The notes under the pieces: model-generated | Database searches by the model: none | What the model was told of the DNA's origin: nothing | What the model saw: the letters and a program-made list of their open reading frames with translations, nothing else | Origin: Candidatus Thorarchaeota archaeon | Lineage (GTDB): Archaea > Asgardarchaeota > Thorarchaeia > Thorarchaeales > Thorarchaeaceae | Assembly (NCBI GenBank): GCA_016840855.1 | Contig: JAEORO010000069.1 | Coordinates: forward strand, 1 to 64,000 | Reading direction: 5' to 3' | DNA: 64,000 nucleotides | In this document: one piece after another, positions 10,300-20,558 of the stretch | Position numbering within the stretch: the first letter of the stretch is position 1 | How the letters are laid out: each line of letters opens with the position of its first letter | Position numbers and translations under genes: made by a program

Positions 10300-11268
10300 C
10301 TACTTGTCTTTTTGACTAATAAGCCCCAGAACTTCTGCACACATAATCAGATACAATACAATATTACTAGAGTCCCCCCAATTTCTTGCATGTTCTTGAA
10401 CCTGTTTAGCATTCATCCTTTTCCCTCCATTATATAGATTCCCAAGAACCTTTTGTATCACTAAGTCATCGAAAGCAAAAACTGAGAAGTTCCCCAGTCC
10501 AGCCAAAGACAAAACCCTTACTGTCCATAAGCCAATGCCTCGAATTGGTAAAAGCGTTGATAGAACTTCGTCAAAAGGACGTCCCATCAGTGAGTTAACA
10601 TCCAATTCACCATCAGCTACAAGACTTGCGGCATGATGAATATATTCTGTCTTGTACCCAAATCCATACTGCCGCAAAACGTTTGGTCCAGCTTTTGCAA
10701 TGGTAACAGCATCTGGAAAATGATACAATAATTGGTTTTTAAAATTCACAGGTTTTGTAAGTCCAAGTACCATCCGCTTAGTGAATATATTAGCTGACTT
10801 GTAAGATACCTGCTGCTGGATTATCGTTTTGATTAATGCTTCAAAAGGGGTAGGTGACATATAAGGTCTAATTCCCATGACACTCGAAGTGAGATAAGCG
10901 ATGATTGGATCTTTTCGAATTTGTTCTAAAGCATCATCTATGTCAATACCAAGTCCCAGAGTTCGAATAATTAAGGCTTTTAGCTCCTCCTTTGCCACAC
11001 CGCTCTCCGAATAATTGATTTGTAAGGATTCACCCACTCTCGTCTGCCTTATGATAATTGCCACTTTTTCGTGTTCTAAATGATAAACGCGTCCAAAATA
11101 ACCGATTCCAGTACATTCTGGAACTGGTTGGATATCAGGATAAATCCAAGAATGCACTGAGGAAAGTAAATCATAGCCATTGGGAACCTTGATGCGGAAT
11201 GACAATCGAATCACGCTTAGAAATACGATAGCATCTGCCAGAATTAAATCCAGCAGATGCTTGTTCAA
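10300..11268 (-). CDS. alkA: AlkA-like HhH-GPD DNA glycosylase
   Basis: PFEALIKTIIQQQVS, FPDA and HhH motif IRGIGLWT followed by FAFDD. The true start may lie about 50 nt downstream. Confidence 0.85.
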   Translation of the reverse strand: MNKHLLDLILADAIVFLSVIRLSFRIKVPNGYDLLSSVHSWIYPDIQPVPECTGIGYFGRVYHLEHEKVAIIIRQTRVGESLQINYSESGVAKEELKALIIRTLGLGIDIDDALEQIRKDPIIAYLTSSVMGIRPYMSPTPFEALIKTIIQQQVSYKSANIFTKRMVLGLTKPVNFKNQLLYHFPDAVTIAKAGPNVLRQYGFGYKTEYIHHAASLVADGELDVNSLMGRPFDEVLSTLLPIRGIGLWTVRVLSLAGLGNFSVFAFDDLVIQKVLGNLYNGGKRMNAKQVQEHARNWGDSSNIVLYLIMCAEVLGLISQKDK

Positions 11269-11304
11269 TCTGAATATATATTGCAGGTCAATATGAATTT
11301 CTTA

Positions 11305-11418
11305 TTAACTTCTATCCTTTTTGAAAGGGTTGCCTTTGAAGGGATTCTTTGGTGCGTGCAATTTTATCTTCAAGATATCTCTCGTCTTATTATCAGTCGA
11401 GTCTTTTTCTTCGCTCAA
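11305..11418 (-). CDS. Unannotated 37-aa microprotein with two NPF motifs
   Basis: TTG start 6 nt after GAGGAG, filling an otherwise empty gap. Translation MSEEKDSTDNKTRDILKIKLHAPKNPFKGNPFKKDRS*. Below the ORF-track length cutoff. Confidence 0.5.
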   Translation of the reverse strand: MSEEKDSTDNKTRDILKIKLHAPKNPFKGNPFKKDRS

Positions 11419-11543
11419 TTATTTCTCCTCTCAAACCACATTGTGGTTGAACTAGAACAGCTCATGAGTGCATATGAATTTATCATTTCAAACGAAAGCA
11501 TCACGGTTAAAACGATTCCAAAAGACTGGAATCAGGAGAAAAA

Positions 11544-11891
11544 ATGGATAGCGGTTTAAGATCTTGGTTGGGTACTCCTGTTGCGAGATTTGTATTGATG
11601 ATCGTTGCTACAATCCTGTTTAATTTTGGATTGTTTTTCATTCTGAATTTTCTAGCACCGTTGATTACCGGGATCATTATTGGTTTTCTAAATGCCAAAA
11701 TTGAAGATGGAGTTGTTGTTAGCTTTACGGGGACTCTTATTAGCTACTTCATCTTGTTTACTATCTCAGAATGGATTCAGGGATTTAACAATGCAGCAAT
11801 AGACATAGCTATTGCCATTCTTATCATGGCATCTATCGGATCTATTGGAGGAGCCTTAGGGTCTATGATTGCTACCAAAGCTAAAAATTAG
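11544..11891 (+). CDS. Small 4-TM membrane protein (DUF5518-like)
   Basis: Hydrophobic helices with APLITGIIIGF and GSIGGALGS. Confidence 0.7.
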   Translation: MDSGLRSWLGTPVARFVLMIVATILFNFGLFFILNFLAPLITGIIIGFLNAKIEDGVVVSFTGTLISYFILFTISEWIQGFNNAAIDIAIAILIMASIGSIGGALGSMIATKAKN

Positions 11892-11892
11892 T

Positions 11893-13095
11893 TCACGTAT
11901 CAACAATCAGTCTACCAGGTGTGAAGTTTGCATTCGGACCAACAGTAGTTCGCCGTAGTGGATTTCCGAAAAGCATCCATTCAGCAACTGAAACTGCATT
12001 ATCAATAGTAAGGGTTGTCGTTTCTCCATTCCGTACGTTTTCAAGTTCAATGCGGGCTTTCCTTTCAAGATTCTCTGTGAGTGTCTTGTCGACTGCGAGT
12101 TTCACTTCACCTATGAGTTCATGAGAATCAAGAAAATCTAGAAAACCAAATTTCCAGCCATCGCAGTATGCGCAAGTACGCCAATCATCAAAAGGCGTTA
12201 GATTGTTCATAGTGTCAAGTGTTGCGCCAATATAGGAAGCTCCAGAGTTCAAAAATGCCTTTAATAAAGGACCTTCTTGTGCAGTACAACAAGCTTCCGA
12301 ATAGACGACGGGATATCCCTCGAACTTAATTGCTGATGCTTGTTCAGAACTTAAAATGATCGAGTTGTGAGTGGCCCATTTGTCAGGAGTTCCATGAATA
12401 CGTGTTGTAAAAACACCATCTGAAAATTGAAGAATGAATTCACTTACAGAGAGCAATTTTGAATCATCATCAGAAAACTGGTGTAAAACTTCAACATCAA
12501 AACCCAATTCAGCTAGTGCTATAGCATGTCTGTCAGATCTTTTGGGTTGACTATCAAAAACAACTGCAATATTACTATCAACAATGGAAGGATCCATGTG
12601 ATACAATACAGTTTCAGAGGGACCAAAGATACGACCAAATGGAAAATCAGGGATGCCATCACCATCTAGGTCTTGGATGAACCAGTCAGTGAAGGAATAG
12701 ACACCATCGTATGATATCTGTGTAGCAGGTAGTTCTTTATTGTTGCCAATCAGTAATACACCTCTGTGAAAGCTAGGGTCATAATTCTCTTTGATTGTTT
12801 TCTGCGTAAGAACCCATGAGCGACCTTTTTCCACGATAAAATCGGATTCAAGAGCACCAGCTTTTTCATGGTATAGTTCTTCATTTTTACTCCCGACCCT
12901 ACCACAAACCACAAGCATTCTCTTGAGCAAGTCCCGATCCATATAGCCTATATCGAAAGAAAGTTCTTCCTTAGTTCTTTTTTTCCTGAATATCTTTCTG
13001 ATTTCGTTTATAGTGCCATACCCACTCTTTCTGATGATGTTCATGACAACAGAAACCTCATCAAAAGTGATAATTACTGTTACTGGTGTAGCCAT
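11893..13095 (-). CDS. Peptidase C25 (gingipain, clan CD)-like protein without signal peptide
   Basis: TDWFIQDLDGDGIPDFPFGRI, IHG, SEACCT and LFGNP resemble C25 motifs. Confidence 0.6.
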   Translation of the reverse strand: MATPVTVIITFDEVSVVMNIIRKSGYGTINEIRKIFRKKRTKEELSFDIGYMDRDLLKRMLVVCGRVGSKNEELYHEKAGALESDFIVEKGRSWVLTQKTIKENYDPSFHRGVLLIGNNKELPATQISYDGVYSFTDWFIQDLDGDGIPDFPFGRIFGPSETVLYHMDPSIVDSNIAVVFDSQPKRSDRHAIALAELGFDVEVLHQFSDDDSKLLSVSEFILQFSDGVFTTRIHGTPDKWATHNSIILSSEQASAIKFEGYPVVYSEACCTAQEGPLLKAFLNSGASYIGATLDTMNNLTPFDDWRTCAYCDGWKFGFLDFLDSHELIGEVKLAVDKTLTENLERKARIELENVRNGETTTLTIDNAVSVAEWMLFGNPLRRTTVGPNANFTPGRLIVDT

Positions 13096-13130
13096 GTAAG
13101 CTGGGAATAAGACAAGAATTGGTTGTTAAT

Positions 13131-13781
13131 ATGACTTTAGAAATAAAGGTAATTTCATTGGATTTGGATGGTGTCCTCTTCGATGGCTCTAGCGCTGCTT
13201 ATGTAGTAGCTAGACAAGTAGGACTAGCAGATCAATACGACACACTCTTTCAAAAGATGGCTCAGGAAAAAATGAGTCTAAAACAATCTGTAATTGATGG
13301 AACCAAGATTTGGAAAGGAATAACCATTGATAGATCCTACAGCAACATTGTGAATTCTTTGCCTTTAATGGAAGGAGCAGAAGAAGTAGTAAATACCCTG
13401 AAATCATGGGACTATGAAGTGGGTTGTATCTCAAGTGGTGTAAGCCAATTCTTTATGGGTCCACTCATTGAAAGGTTGGATCTTGACTTTGGTTTTACTA
13501 ATATCCTTGGTTCAGAAAATGGCGCACATGATGGGACAGTTAAATTCATCATGGGAGGGACTGAAAAAGCAGAAACTATTCTAAAATATGCAAAACAAAA
13601 CGGGCATTCTAGAAAAAGTATCGCTAGTGTAGGTAATGGCTTGAATGACATTGAATTGTTCAATATTTCATCATTTAGCATAGCTTTCAATCCTGTTGAC
13701 AAAAGTGTCAGCGATGCGGCTTCAGTGACAGTATTATCAAAAGACCTACGGTCTATTCTACCTCATTTCAGGAAATCCTAG
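13131..13781 (+). CDS. HAD phosphatase, SerB-like
   Basis: DLDGVL motif I, ISSG motif II, K motif III and GNGLND motif IV. Confidence 0.85.
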   Translation: MTLEIKVISLDLDGVLFDGSSAAYVVARQVGLADQYDTLFQKMAQEKMSLKQSVIDGTKIWKGITIDRSYSNIVNSLPLMEGAEEVVNTLKSWDYEVGCISSGVSQFFMGPLIERLDLDFGFTNILGSENGAHDGTVKFIMGGTEKAETILKYAKQNGHSRKSIASVGNGLNDIELFNISSFSIAFNPVDKSVSDAASVTVLSKDLRSILPHFRKS

Positions 13782-14914
13782 CCCAGTATTTTACAGAAGG
13801 CATTTTCAATCTGTTCCTTGTCTTCTGTTGAAAGACTAGGGTGAATTGGGATGTCAAAGTGCTTCTGACCGATTTCCTCAGATACTGGTAGACTAAGTTT
13901 TGAATAATTAGGATAATTCACAAATTTCGCCCATCGCCACTGGTGGATATTGAGGTAAGTATCTTGCTTATGACATGGTAAGGCATATACAGCTCTTGAC
14001 CCAACACCTTCGTTTCTGAGGGATGTTACGAGCTCATCGCGATTCATCTTATCAGAGAATATCCGAGGTGCGTAGAGATGGTATGAAGATTTTAGTCCCT
14101 TGTCTTCAACCTGAGGTCTAATCACATCAAACTCTGATAGGAAATCATTAAACTCCTGAGCATTTTGACGTCTCTGTTTAACAGATTCGGGCAATCGTTT
14201 GAGCTGTTCGATGCCCAATGCTGATACAATGTCCAGCATTCGATTATTGTATCCAATTCTATAGTGGCTATAACCGCCCTGCTTACCACGCCCATGGTTT
14301 TTAACCATCAGAATCTCATCATAGAGGTCTTCGTTGTCTGTGGTAATCATACCACCTTCTCCGGTCATCATATTCTTTGTAGCATAGAAGGAGAATGCAG
14401 CAACATGTCCAATCGATCCAACTTTCTTCCCTTCAACCTCTGCTCCATGTGCTTGACATGCATCCTCAATCACTTGTAAATCATGCGAGTCTGCAATTTC
14501 CATAATATGTTTCATCTCTGCGGGCATTCCGAAAATATGCACAGGCATGATTGCACGTGTTTTGTCGGTAATTGCATCCTCGATGAGGTCAGGATCAATA
14601 TTATAGCTGTCTGGTTTGACATCGACAAAGATGGGAACAGCACCTATCATGGCAATCGTGTTTGCTGAAGCAATGAATGTAAAGGGAGATGTTATGACCT
14701 CATCACCGGGTTGAATGTCCATGGCTTCGAGAGCTGTGCTAAGAGCTGTAGTTCCGTTCGTTGTTACTGTGGCAAACTTAGTACCTGTATATTTTGCATA
14801 TTGTTTCTCAAGCTCTCGAGAAACATTGCCTTCCGCTAACATACCTGATTCAAGAACACGTTTTACAGCTTCAATTTCCTCTTGACCTATTATGGGCTTA
14901 GCAAAAGGGATCAT
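13778..14914 (-). CDS. DegT/DnrJ/EryC1/StrS nucleotide-sugar aminotransferase
   Basis: NGTTAL, EDACQAHG and SFYATKNMMTGEGG (PLP Lys). Confidence 0.95.
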   Translation of the reverse strand: MIPFAKPIIGQEEIEAVKRVLESGMLAEGNVSRELEKQYAKYTGTKFATVTTNGTTALSTALEAMDIQPGDEVITSPFTFIASANTIAMIGAVPIFVDVKPDSYNIDPDLIEDAITDKTRAIMPVHIFGMPAEMKHIMEIADSHDLQVIEDACQAHGAEVEGKKVGSIGHVAAFSFYATKNMMTGEGGMITTDNEDLYDEILMVKNHGRGKQGGYSHYRIGYNNRMLDIVSALGIEQLKRLPESVKQRRQNAQEFNDFLSEFDVIRPQVEDKGLKSSYHLYAPRIFSDKMNRDELVTSLRNEGVGSRAVYALPCHKQDTYLNIHQWRWAKFVNYPNYSKLSLPVSEEIGQKHFDIPIHPSLSTEDKEQIENAFCKILG

Positions 14915-14981
14915 GTTAATTCACACTCGGTAGAAAATCTAAACAGAATAAAACCCTTTGGCATGAATAACAATTGCACTG

Positions 14982-15548
14982 TTACTCTGCTGGCTTTTCA
15001 GGAGTTGCATCGATCTCAGCTTGAAGTTCTCTATAATAGGCATTTCGACGTTTATTCTCAATTAAACCCACTAGACCAATTGACGAGCTCATCACTGCAA
15101 GTGCTACTAGCATATATGCTAGGTTCCCAAGATAGAAAATTATCGCGAGTGCGAGTCCACTCATAAAACCAGTCGAAACTCGAACAAAGTTAGTCGTCTT
15201 TCTTGGAGTGAGTCTTTGACTCATCCAATCAATTACTGTTGTAAAACCAAGCGCTACAGAAAGAAAGAACCAGAACCATTCAGGATTTAGGTGTACTTGG
15301 AATACGAAGAGAAAAAGGAGACCACCACCTAAGCCACCGTAAATACCACTGCATCTTCCACACAAGTAGAGTGATCGACCCAGAATAGAAACTCGAAGAC
15401 AATGGCCATACATCGAGGGAGGGTGATGAGATAGAAGCATGTGAATTCCTTCTCGAAAATCACCTGTTCGATCAAACTCTTCCATGCTTTCGACCAAGAG
15501 TTCATCCGAGCGACTCTTGCTTTCATCTGCACTATTCACAAATATCAC
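14982..15548 (-). CDS. DUF2085-like membrane protein
   Basis: LCGRCSGIYGG, IDWMSQ and NFVRVSTG. Confidence 0.75.
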   Translation of the reverse strand: MIFVNSADESKSRSDELLVESMEEFDRTGDFREGIHMLLSHHPPSMYGHCLRVSILGRSLYLCGRCSGIYGGLGGGLLFLFVFQVHLNPEWFWFFLSVALGFTTVIDWMSQRLTPRKTTNFVRVSTGFMSGLALAIIFYLGNLAYMLVALAVMSSSIGLVGLIENKRRNAYYRELQAEIDATPEKPAE

Positions 15549-15820
15549 TCATTAAAACCAAGTTTCCAACGTCTTAAAACCGTTGCTTTGGGTCTAGAGG
15601 CTTTTCTATCATTTTAACAAACTTTAAGAAAGTTTAAACATTTGGAACACTTTCAAGTAAAATACCAGCTCGTTCTTCTATACAGTCCTAGACTTAGTTT
15701 AATCGCCATTTTGATGGATTTTATCGGCATCGATATGAACAAATAAACAGAACGACAACGATAGGATTTTAATGTATGTTCTGATATCGTAATTCGACTT
15801 TAACAAAACCGGACGGAAGT

Positions 15821-16315
15821 ATGATGGAGAAACTGCTATTTGTTAACATGGACAAATGCACAGGTTGCAAGCAGTGCTCACTTGCATGTTCTCTTATGAA
15901 AGAAGATCTTTTTGATTCAGCGAGAGGAAGAATAAAGATTCTAAAAAAAGAGGATATAGCTCTTGGTTTGCAACTTTTATGTGAACAATGCGAATCGCAT
16001 CCTTGCATTGCATCATGTCCAAATGGAGCTTTATCCAGAAATGAAGTGACTGGAATAATTACAGTGGATGAGAAACTCTGCACATCACAAGGTGCTTGTA
16101 TTGATGCTTGTATCTATCATGCTATTCGACTCCACCCAGAAACGAAAAAACCAATGTTCTGTGACTTATGTGGAGGAGATCCATATTGTGTCAAACACTG
16201 TGTTCCTGAGGCACTTCAATGGGTAGACAAAACAGAAGCGAATCTCAAAGAAAAGAGAAAGTACCGTTCTACAAGAATGAACGTGTATAAAGCACTAAAA
16301 AAGGAGATTGCATAG
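15821..16315 (+). CDS. 4x[4Fe-4S] electron-transfer subunit of aldehyde oxidoreductase
   Basis: CTGCKQCSLAC, CEQC..PC...CP and CDLCGGDPYC...C; abuts the AOR gene. Confidence 0.92.
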   Translation: MMEKLLFVNMDKCTGCKQCSLACSLMKEDLFDSARGRIKILKKEDIALGLQLLCEQCESHPCIASCPNGALSRNEVTGIITVDEKLCTSQGACIDACIYHAIRLHPETKKPMFCDLCGGDPYCVKHCVPEALQWVDKTEANLKEKRKYRSTRMNVYKALKKEIA

Positions 16316-18235
16316 ATGTACGCACACCAAGGTAGGATATTGCATGTTGATATTGGAACCGGAAAAAGTTGGGTAGAAGACATTCCTGAAGAATGGCGTA
16401 GACTCTATATCGGCTCAAGAGGTATCAATGCAAAGATACTCTGGGATTATTGTAAAGATCCATCTATCACTTGGGATGATCCAAGAAACATCATCATCTT
16501 TGCTCCAGGTGCAGTGACTGGTACTACAGCTCCAGCATCAGGCCGTACATCTGTCACTACTGTGGGATGTACCACAGGCATGTATCTAAAGAGCAATACA
16601 GGAGGTCACTGGGGCGCAGAGCTTAAGTTTGCCGGATATGACCATCTTGTTGTACATGGTGTTGCTAAAAAACCAGTATACATCCTGATAGAAGATGAGC
16701 ATGTAGAAATTCGAGAAGCAAAAGAACTCTGGGGCAAAGATATTATTGAAACTGATGCACTCCTGAAGAAATGGCATGGAGAAGACTCTAGAGGGTTGTA
16801 TATAGGACCTGCTGGGGAGAAGCTAGTTCGAGCTGCTTCAATTCAGTGCTCACTGTATCATGCTGCTGGTAGAGGTGGAGGAGCTGCGGTAATGGGCAAG
16901 AAGAAGCTCAAAGCAATTTCTGTAAGGGGTACAAAACCCGTCCGTGTAAAAGACCCAAAGAAATTTGCAGAGATTGCCAAAGAAATGCGTGAACTCCTCA
17001 AAAAGGATAGTGGCGCTCAGTCCTTGCATGAGTTTGGAACCTCTGGCTCGATTGCTGCGGTTAATGAGCTACATGCCTTTCCAGGTAAAAACTGGCAGAC
17101 AGGATATACAGAAAATGCACATCCGATCTCAGGTCAGGCTTTGAACGAGAAAGGCTACCTGAAGCGTCGAGTAGCATGCTTTGGTTGTACCATTGGTTGT
17201 CACAGATACTCAACTATCGAGAAGGGACCAAATGCAGGAATTGCAAGTGGAGGGCCTGAATATGAAACCTTTGGCGCATTGGGTAATGGACCTGGAATCA
17301 TCGATACTGAAGGTGTTCTAATCCTCAATGAGATATGCAATCGACTTGGCCTTGATACGATAACTGCTGGGACTGTCACTCAGTGGGCAATTGAGAGCTA
17401 CCTTAGAGGAGTGCTTACCAAGAAGGATACCGATGGACTCGAACTTGATTGGGGCAAATTAGATGAGGTAAAGAAGACTGTTGAAAAAATAGCTCTTCGA
17501 GATGGAAATCTTGGAAACCTTCTCGGGGATGGTCTGAAAATTGCTACGAAAAAGGTTGGCAAAGATTCCTACAAATGGGCGATTATGAATGCTAAAGGAC
17601 TCGAACAATCGAATGTTGAAACTAGGTCAGCAAAAGCCTATGCATTAGCTTTCGCAGTGAACCCTAGGGGTAATGATCATCTTATGACTGAAACATTTGC
17701 TGAGTTTGGAGCCAGTCCAGAAGCAATTGATGTCATAGAAAAAGTGACAGGGAATAAGAAATGGGCTTCACCACATTTCACAGAATACAGGGCTGAAATA
17801 GTTCGATGGCATGAGGATTGCTATGAGATAACAGAAGCACTTGGTTTCTGTGTCTTTACATCAACTGCAGCGTTTGGTGTCAATCCAGATAACATGGCAA
17901 GACTCTATGCAGCTGCGACTGGAATTGAATTGTCGGAAGAAGAAATGATGCTTACAGGAAGACGTGTTTGCACCATCGAGAAAGCATTCAATGTTACAAG
18001 AGGCGCAACACGTGAACACGACAATCTTCCATGGCGTCTAATGAACGAAGGTGCAGCATCGGGGCCATTGAAGGGTGAGAAGAACTCGCAGGAAGAACTG
18101 GACGGAATGCTTGATCGCTACTATGAACTTCATGGTTGGGATAAGAAAACAAGTTGGCCAACTCGAGAAACACTTGAGATGCTCGAATTGAAGTTTGTGG
18201 CGGACTATCTAGAGGAAATAGGGAAACTTCCCTAA
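16316..18235 (+). CDS. aor: Tungsten/molybdopterin aldehyde:ferredoxin oxidoreductase (AOR/WOR family)
   Basis: SNTGGHWG, IGPAGE, AGRGGGAAVMG, CFGCTIGC, GPEYET, GLDTI and YYELHGWD. Confidence 0.95.
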   Translation: MYAHQGRILHVDIGTGKSWVEDIPEEWRRLYIGSRGINAKILWDYCKDPSITWDDPRNIIIFAPGAVTGTTAPASGRTSVTTVGCTTGMYLKSNTGGHWGAELKFAGYDHLVVHGVAKKPVYILIEDEHVEIREAKELWGKDIIETDALLKKWHGEDSRGLYIGPAGEKLVRAASIQCSLYHAAGRGGGAAVMGKKKLKAISVRGTKPVRVKDPKKFAEIAKEMRELLKKDSGAQSLHEFGTSGSIAAVNELHAFPGKNWQTGYTENAHPISGQALNEKGYLKRRVACFGCTIGCHRYSTIEKGPNAGIASGGPEYETFGALGNGPGIIDTEGVLILNEICNRLGLDTITAGTVTQWAIESYLRGVLTKKDTDGLELDWGKLDEVKKTVEKIALRDGNLGNLLGDGLKIATKKVGKDSYKWAIMNAKGLEQSNVETRSAKAYALAFAVNPRGNDHLMTETFAEFGASPEAIDVIEKVTGNKKWASPHFTEYRAEIVRWHEDCYEITEALGFCVFTSTAAFGVNPDNMARLYAAATGIELSEEEMMLTGRRVCTIEKAFNVTRGATREHDNLPWRLMNEGAASGPLKGEKNSQEELDGMLDRYYELHGWDKKTSWPTRETLEMLELKFVADYLEEIGKLP

Positions 18236-18237
18236 TT

Positions 18238-18266
18238 GAGGGGCTCAGCCCCTCTTCTTATATTTT
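18238..18266 (+). terminator. Stem-loop plus U-rich tract after aor
   Basis: GAGGGGC-TCA-GCCCCTC followed by TTCTTATATTTT. Confidence 0.55.
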
Positions 18267-18282
18267 GAAGGACGTAAGAATC

Positions 18283-19296
18283 ATGAAAGGTTTCAAAGAA
18301 TTGGGTGTAGCAATGACGGGTGTCTTTCCAGTCAACGAAGCTGTTGAATTAGCAAAGGTTGCTGAAGCATCAGGTTTGGGTTCAGCTTGGTTTGCTGAGG
18401 ATTATTTCTTCCGTGGTGGTATACCTTACATGGCTGCTGCAGCAATGGCTACTGAAAAAATTAGGTTGGGATTGGGTGTTGTCAATCCGTATTCGCGGCA
18501 CCCAGCATTGATAGCTATGGAATTTGCTACCCTCGATGAGATGTCAAATATGAGGACCGTATTTGGTCTAGGCTCCGGAGTGCCCTTCTGGATGGACCAG
18601 ATGGGTATCTACGATAAGAAGCCACTATCAAGAACTCGTGCATGTATTGAACTTGTTCGAAAAGTGATGACTGGTGAGAATGTCAACCATGCTGACAACT
18701 TCTTCTCAGCTAAAGATATCAAACTGGTCTTCAAGCCAGTACGAAAGAGTGCACCTATTTACCTTGCATTTGAGGGACCTAAAGGTCTAGAACTTTCAGG
18801 AGAGATAGGTGATGGAGTGATACTTTCTATTTTCTGTACTCCATCCTATGTTAAATCTGCATGGGAGTGCATTGCCAAAGGTGCCAAAAAAGTTGCCAAG
18901 TCATTGGATGATTACGAGATGGTAGCCTACATGCCCATGGTTATCCATGATGATCTGGACAAGGCAATTAGCATAGCTCGCGAATTCTCAAAGCTATATC
19001 TTCCTCACTCCCAAGAGGGAGGTCCTTTGATGTCTCATGCAAGAGTCAAACCAGAAGACACTATAGCAATGAGAAAAGCAGCTGAGAAAAATGATGATGC
19101 GTTGCTAACAGAACTCATCACTGATGATATGGTGAAAGAGCTTTGTCTGGTCGGTGATAAGGAGGCTTGCATAAAGAGACTCCAGCAGATGATTGACGCA
19201 GGTGCAAATACAATCGTTGCGTTTCCAGTTCCTGGAACAGAACCAGTAGAGAACGCAAAGATATTGGGCAGAGAGTTCACAAATCAATTACACTAG
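18283..19296 (+). CDS. LLM-class (Mer-like, probably F420-dependent) oxidoreductase
   Basis: AWFAED, NPYSRHP, GLGSG, PIYLA..GPK and GDGVI. Confidence 0.9.
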   Translation: MKGFKELGVAMTGVFPVNEAVELAKVAEASGLGSAWFAEDYFFRGGIPYMAAAAMATEKIRLGLGVVNPYSRHPALIAMEFATLDEMSNMRTVFGLGSGVPFWMDQMGIYDKKPLSRTRACIELVRKVMTGENVNHADNFFSAKDIKLVFKPVRKSAPIYLAFEGPKGLELSGEIGDGVILSIFCTPSYVKSAWECIAKGAKKVAKSLDDYEMVAYMPMVIHDDLDKAISIAREFSKLYLPHSQEGGPLMSHARVKPEDTIAMRKAAEKNDDALLTELITDDMVKELCLVGDKEACIKRLQQMIDAGANTIVAFPVPGTEPVENAKILGREFTNQLH

Positions 19297-19309
19297 GAGT
19301 CTTGAACAA

Positions 19310-20548
19310 ATGCAAGAACCAGTAGAACCTTTCTGTTTAGATATAGAGGGCACACCAGATTTGACACCGAATATTAAGAAAAGAAACAGGATGATTGGAT
19401 ACATCACATCTTTTCTTACGGTTTTTACACTTGGAACTACTGAAATATTCGCATCGTGGTACTCGACTAGAATGGGTGGGACTCCACTTGAGTCTGGATT
19501 GGCTTTTGGGATTTTTGGCCTGGTCTACATGTTTTCACCAGCCATTGGAGGTCGTCTATCAGATGATTTGGGGCGTAAAAAGACGCTCTTAATCTCTACA
19601 AGCGGATATATTGTGGTAATCCTACTGTACCTCCTTCCTTTCTTTAGCCCTTGGCAACTCATAGCGATACGAGCTATCGAAGGACTGGTGTTTGGGTTCG
19701 TAGCACCTACAATCGAGGGGATGGTGAGTGAGCTCGAGCCAGAATCACAGGTTGCATCATTGGGGAATTTCTCAACCTCTTGGAGTGCATCTATGATTCT
19801 ACCACCAATGGTAATAGCATATCTCTCAGGAATCTATGGAGACCAATCTGGAATATTCGTTGTCCTGGGAGTTGAATTTCTTGCACTGACAATTATTGCG
19901 GTTTTCCTACAAGGATACAAACGGAAGCCTAACACTTCATCAACGAATACTCAAGATAACATTTCACTGGACTCAGTAGAGAAGGTGAGTAAGAGCTCAC
20001 CATTATTCATTGCGTCTTATCTATCTGTGATGCTTTGGGGAGTGGTATCTACAATAGTACTTGGTTTGTTTCCATCCTACATTGTAATCCTATCTGATTT
20101 AGGATATCCATTCGTAAGTCAGGATTTTGGTAATCTCCTTCTAATCTGGAATCTATCTCGTACTGTCACATTCATCGTGATTGCTAGATTATCAGGAGAG
20201 CATATGAAACAAGCCATAGTTTCAGGAGCAATACTCTCAGCAATATCAGGCTTCATGCTTTTCCTCTTCACGGATATTTGGGTATTCGCCATTGCCATGA
20301 TCCTCTCAGGAATAGCTGTTGGTTTTAACTACCTCGGGGCGCTTTATTTGGTTGTCTCATCAACTGATATTGAGAAAGGAGCTCATGCAGGACTTGTTGA
20401 GAGCATGGGAGGAGTAGGATTATTCCTTGGGCCCATAATAGGTGGTTGGTTCATGGAAATTGAACTAACACTCCCATATCTAATGTATGCAATCTTTTCA
20501 GTTGTTGTCCTTATCCTAATGGTAGTACTCTTGAGAAAGCACACTTGA
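19310..20548 (+). CDS. MFS transporter
   Basis: Motif A GRLSDDLGRK; about 12 TM helices. Confidence 0.92.
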   Translation: MQEPVEPFCLDIEGTPDLTPNIKKRNRMIGYITSFLTVFTLGTTEIFASWYSTRMGGTPLESGLAFGIFGLVYMFSPAIGGRLSDDLGRKKTLLISTSGYIVVILLYLLPFFSPWQLIAIRAIEGLVFGFVAPTIEGMVSELEPESQVASLGNFSTSWSASMILPPMVIAYLSGIYGDQSGIFVVLGVEFLALTIIAVFLQGYKRKPNTSSTNTQDNISLDSVEKVSKSSPLFIASYLSVMLWGVVSTIVLGLFPSYIVILSDLGYPFVSQDFGNLLLIWNLSRTVTFIVIARLSGEHMKQAIVSGAILSAISGFMLFLFTDIWVFAIAMILSGIAVGFNYLGALYLVVSSTDIEKGAHAGLVESMGGVGLFLGPIIGGWFMEIELTLPYLMYAIFSVVVLILMVVLLRKHT

Positions 20549-20558
20549 AAGAAAAAAG

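Noticed and set aside
11257-11559. 100-aa + strand ORF and the many other 60-140 aa antisense ORFs in the track
   Set aside because: They are shadows of well-supported genes on the opposite strand, with no motifs or SD.
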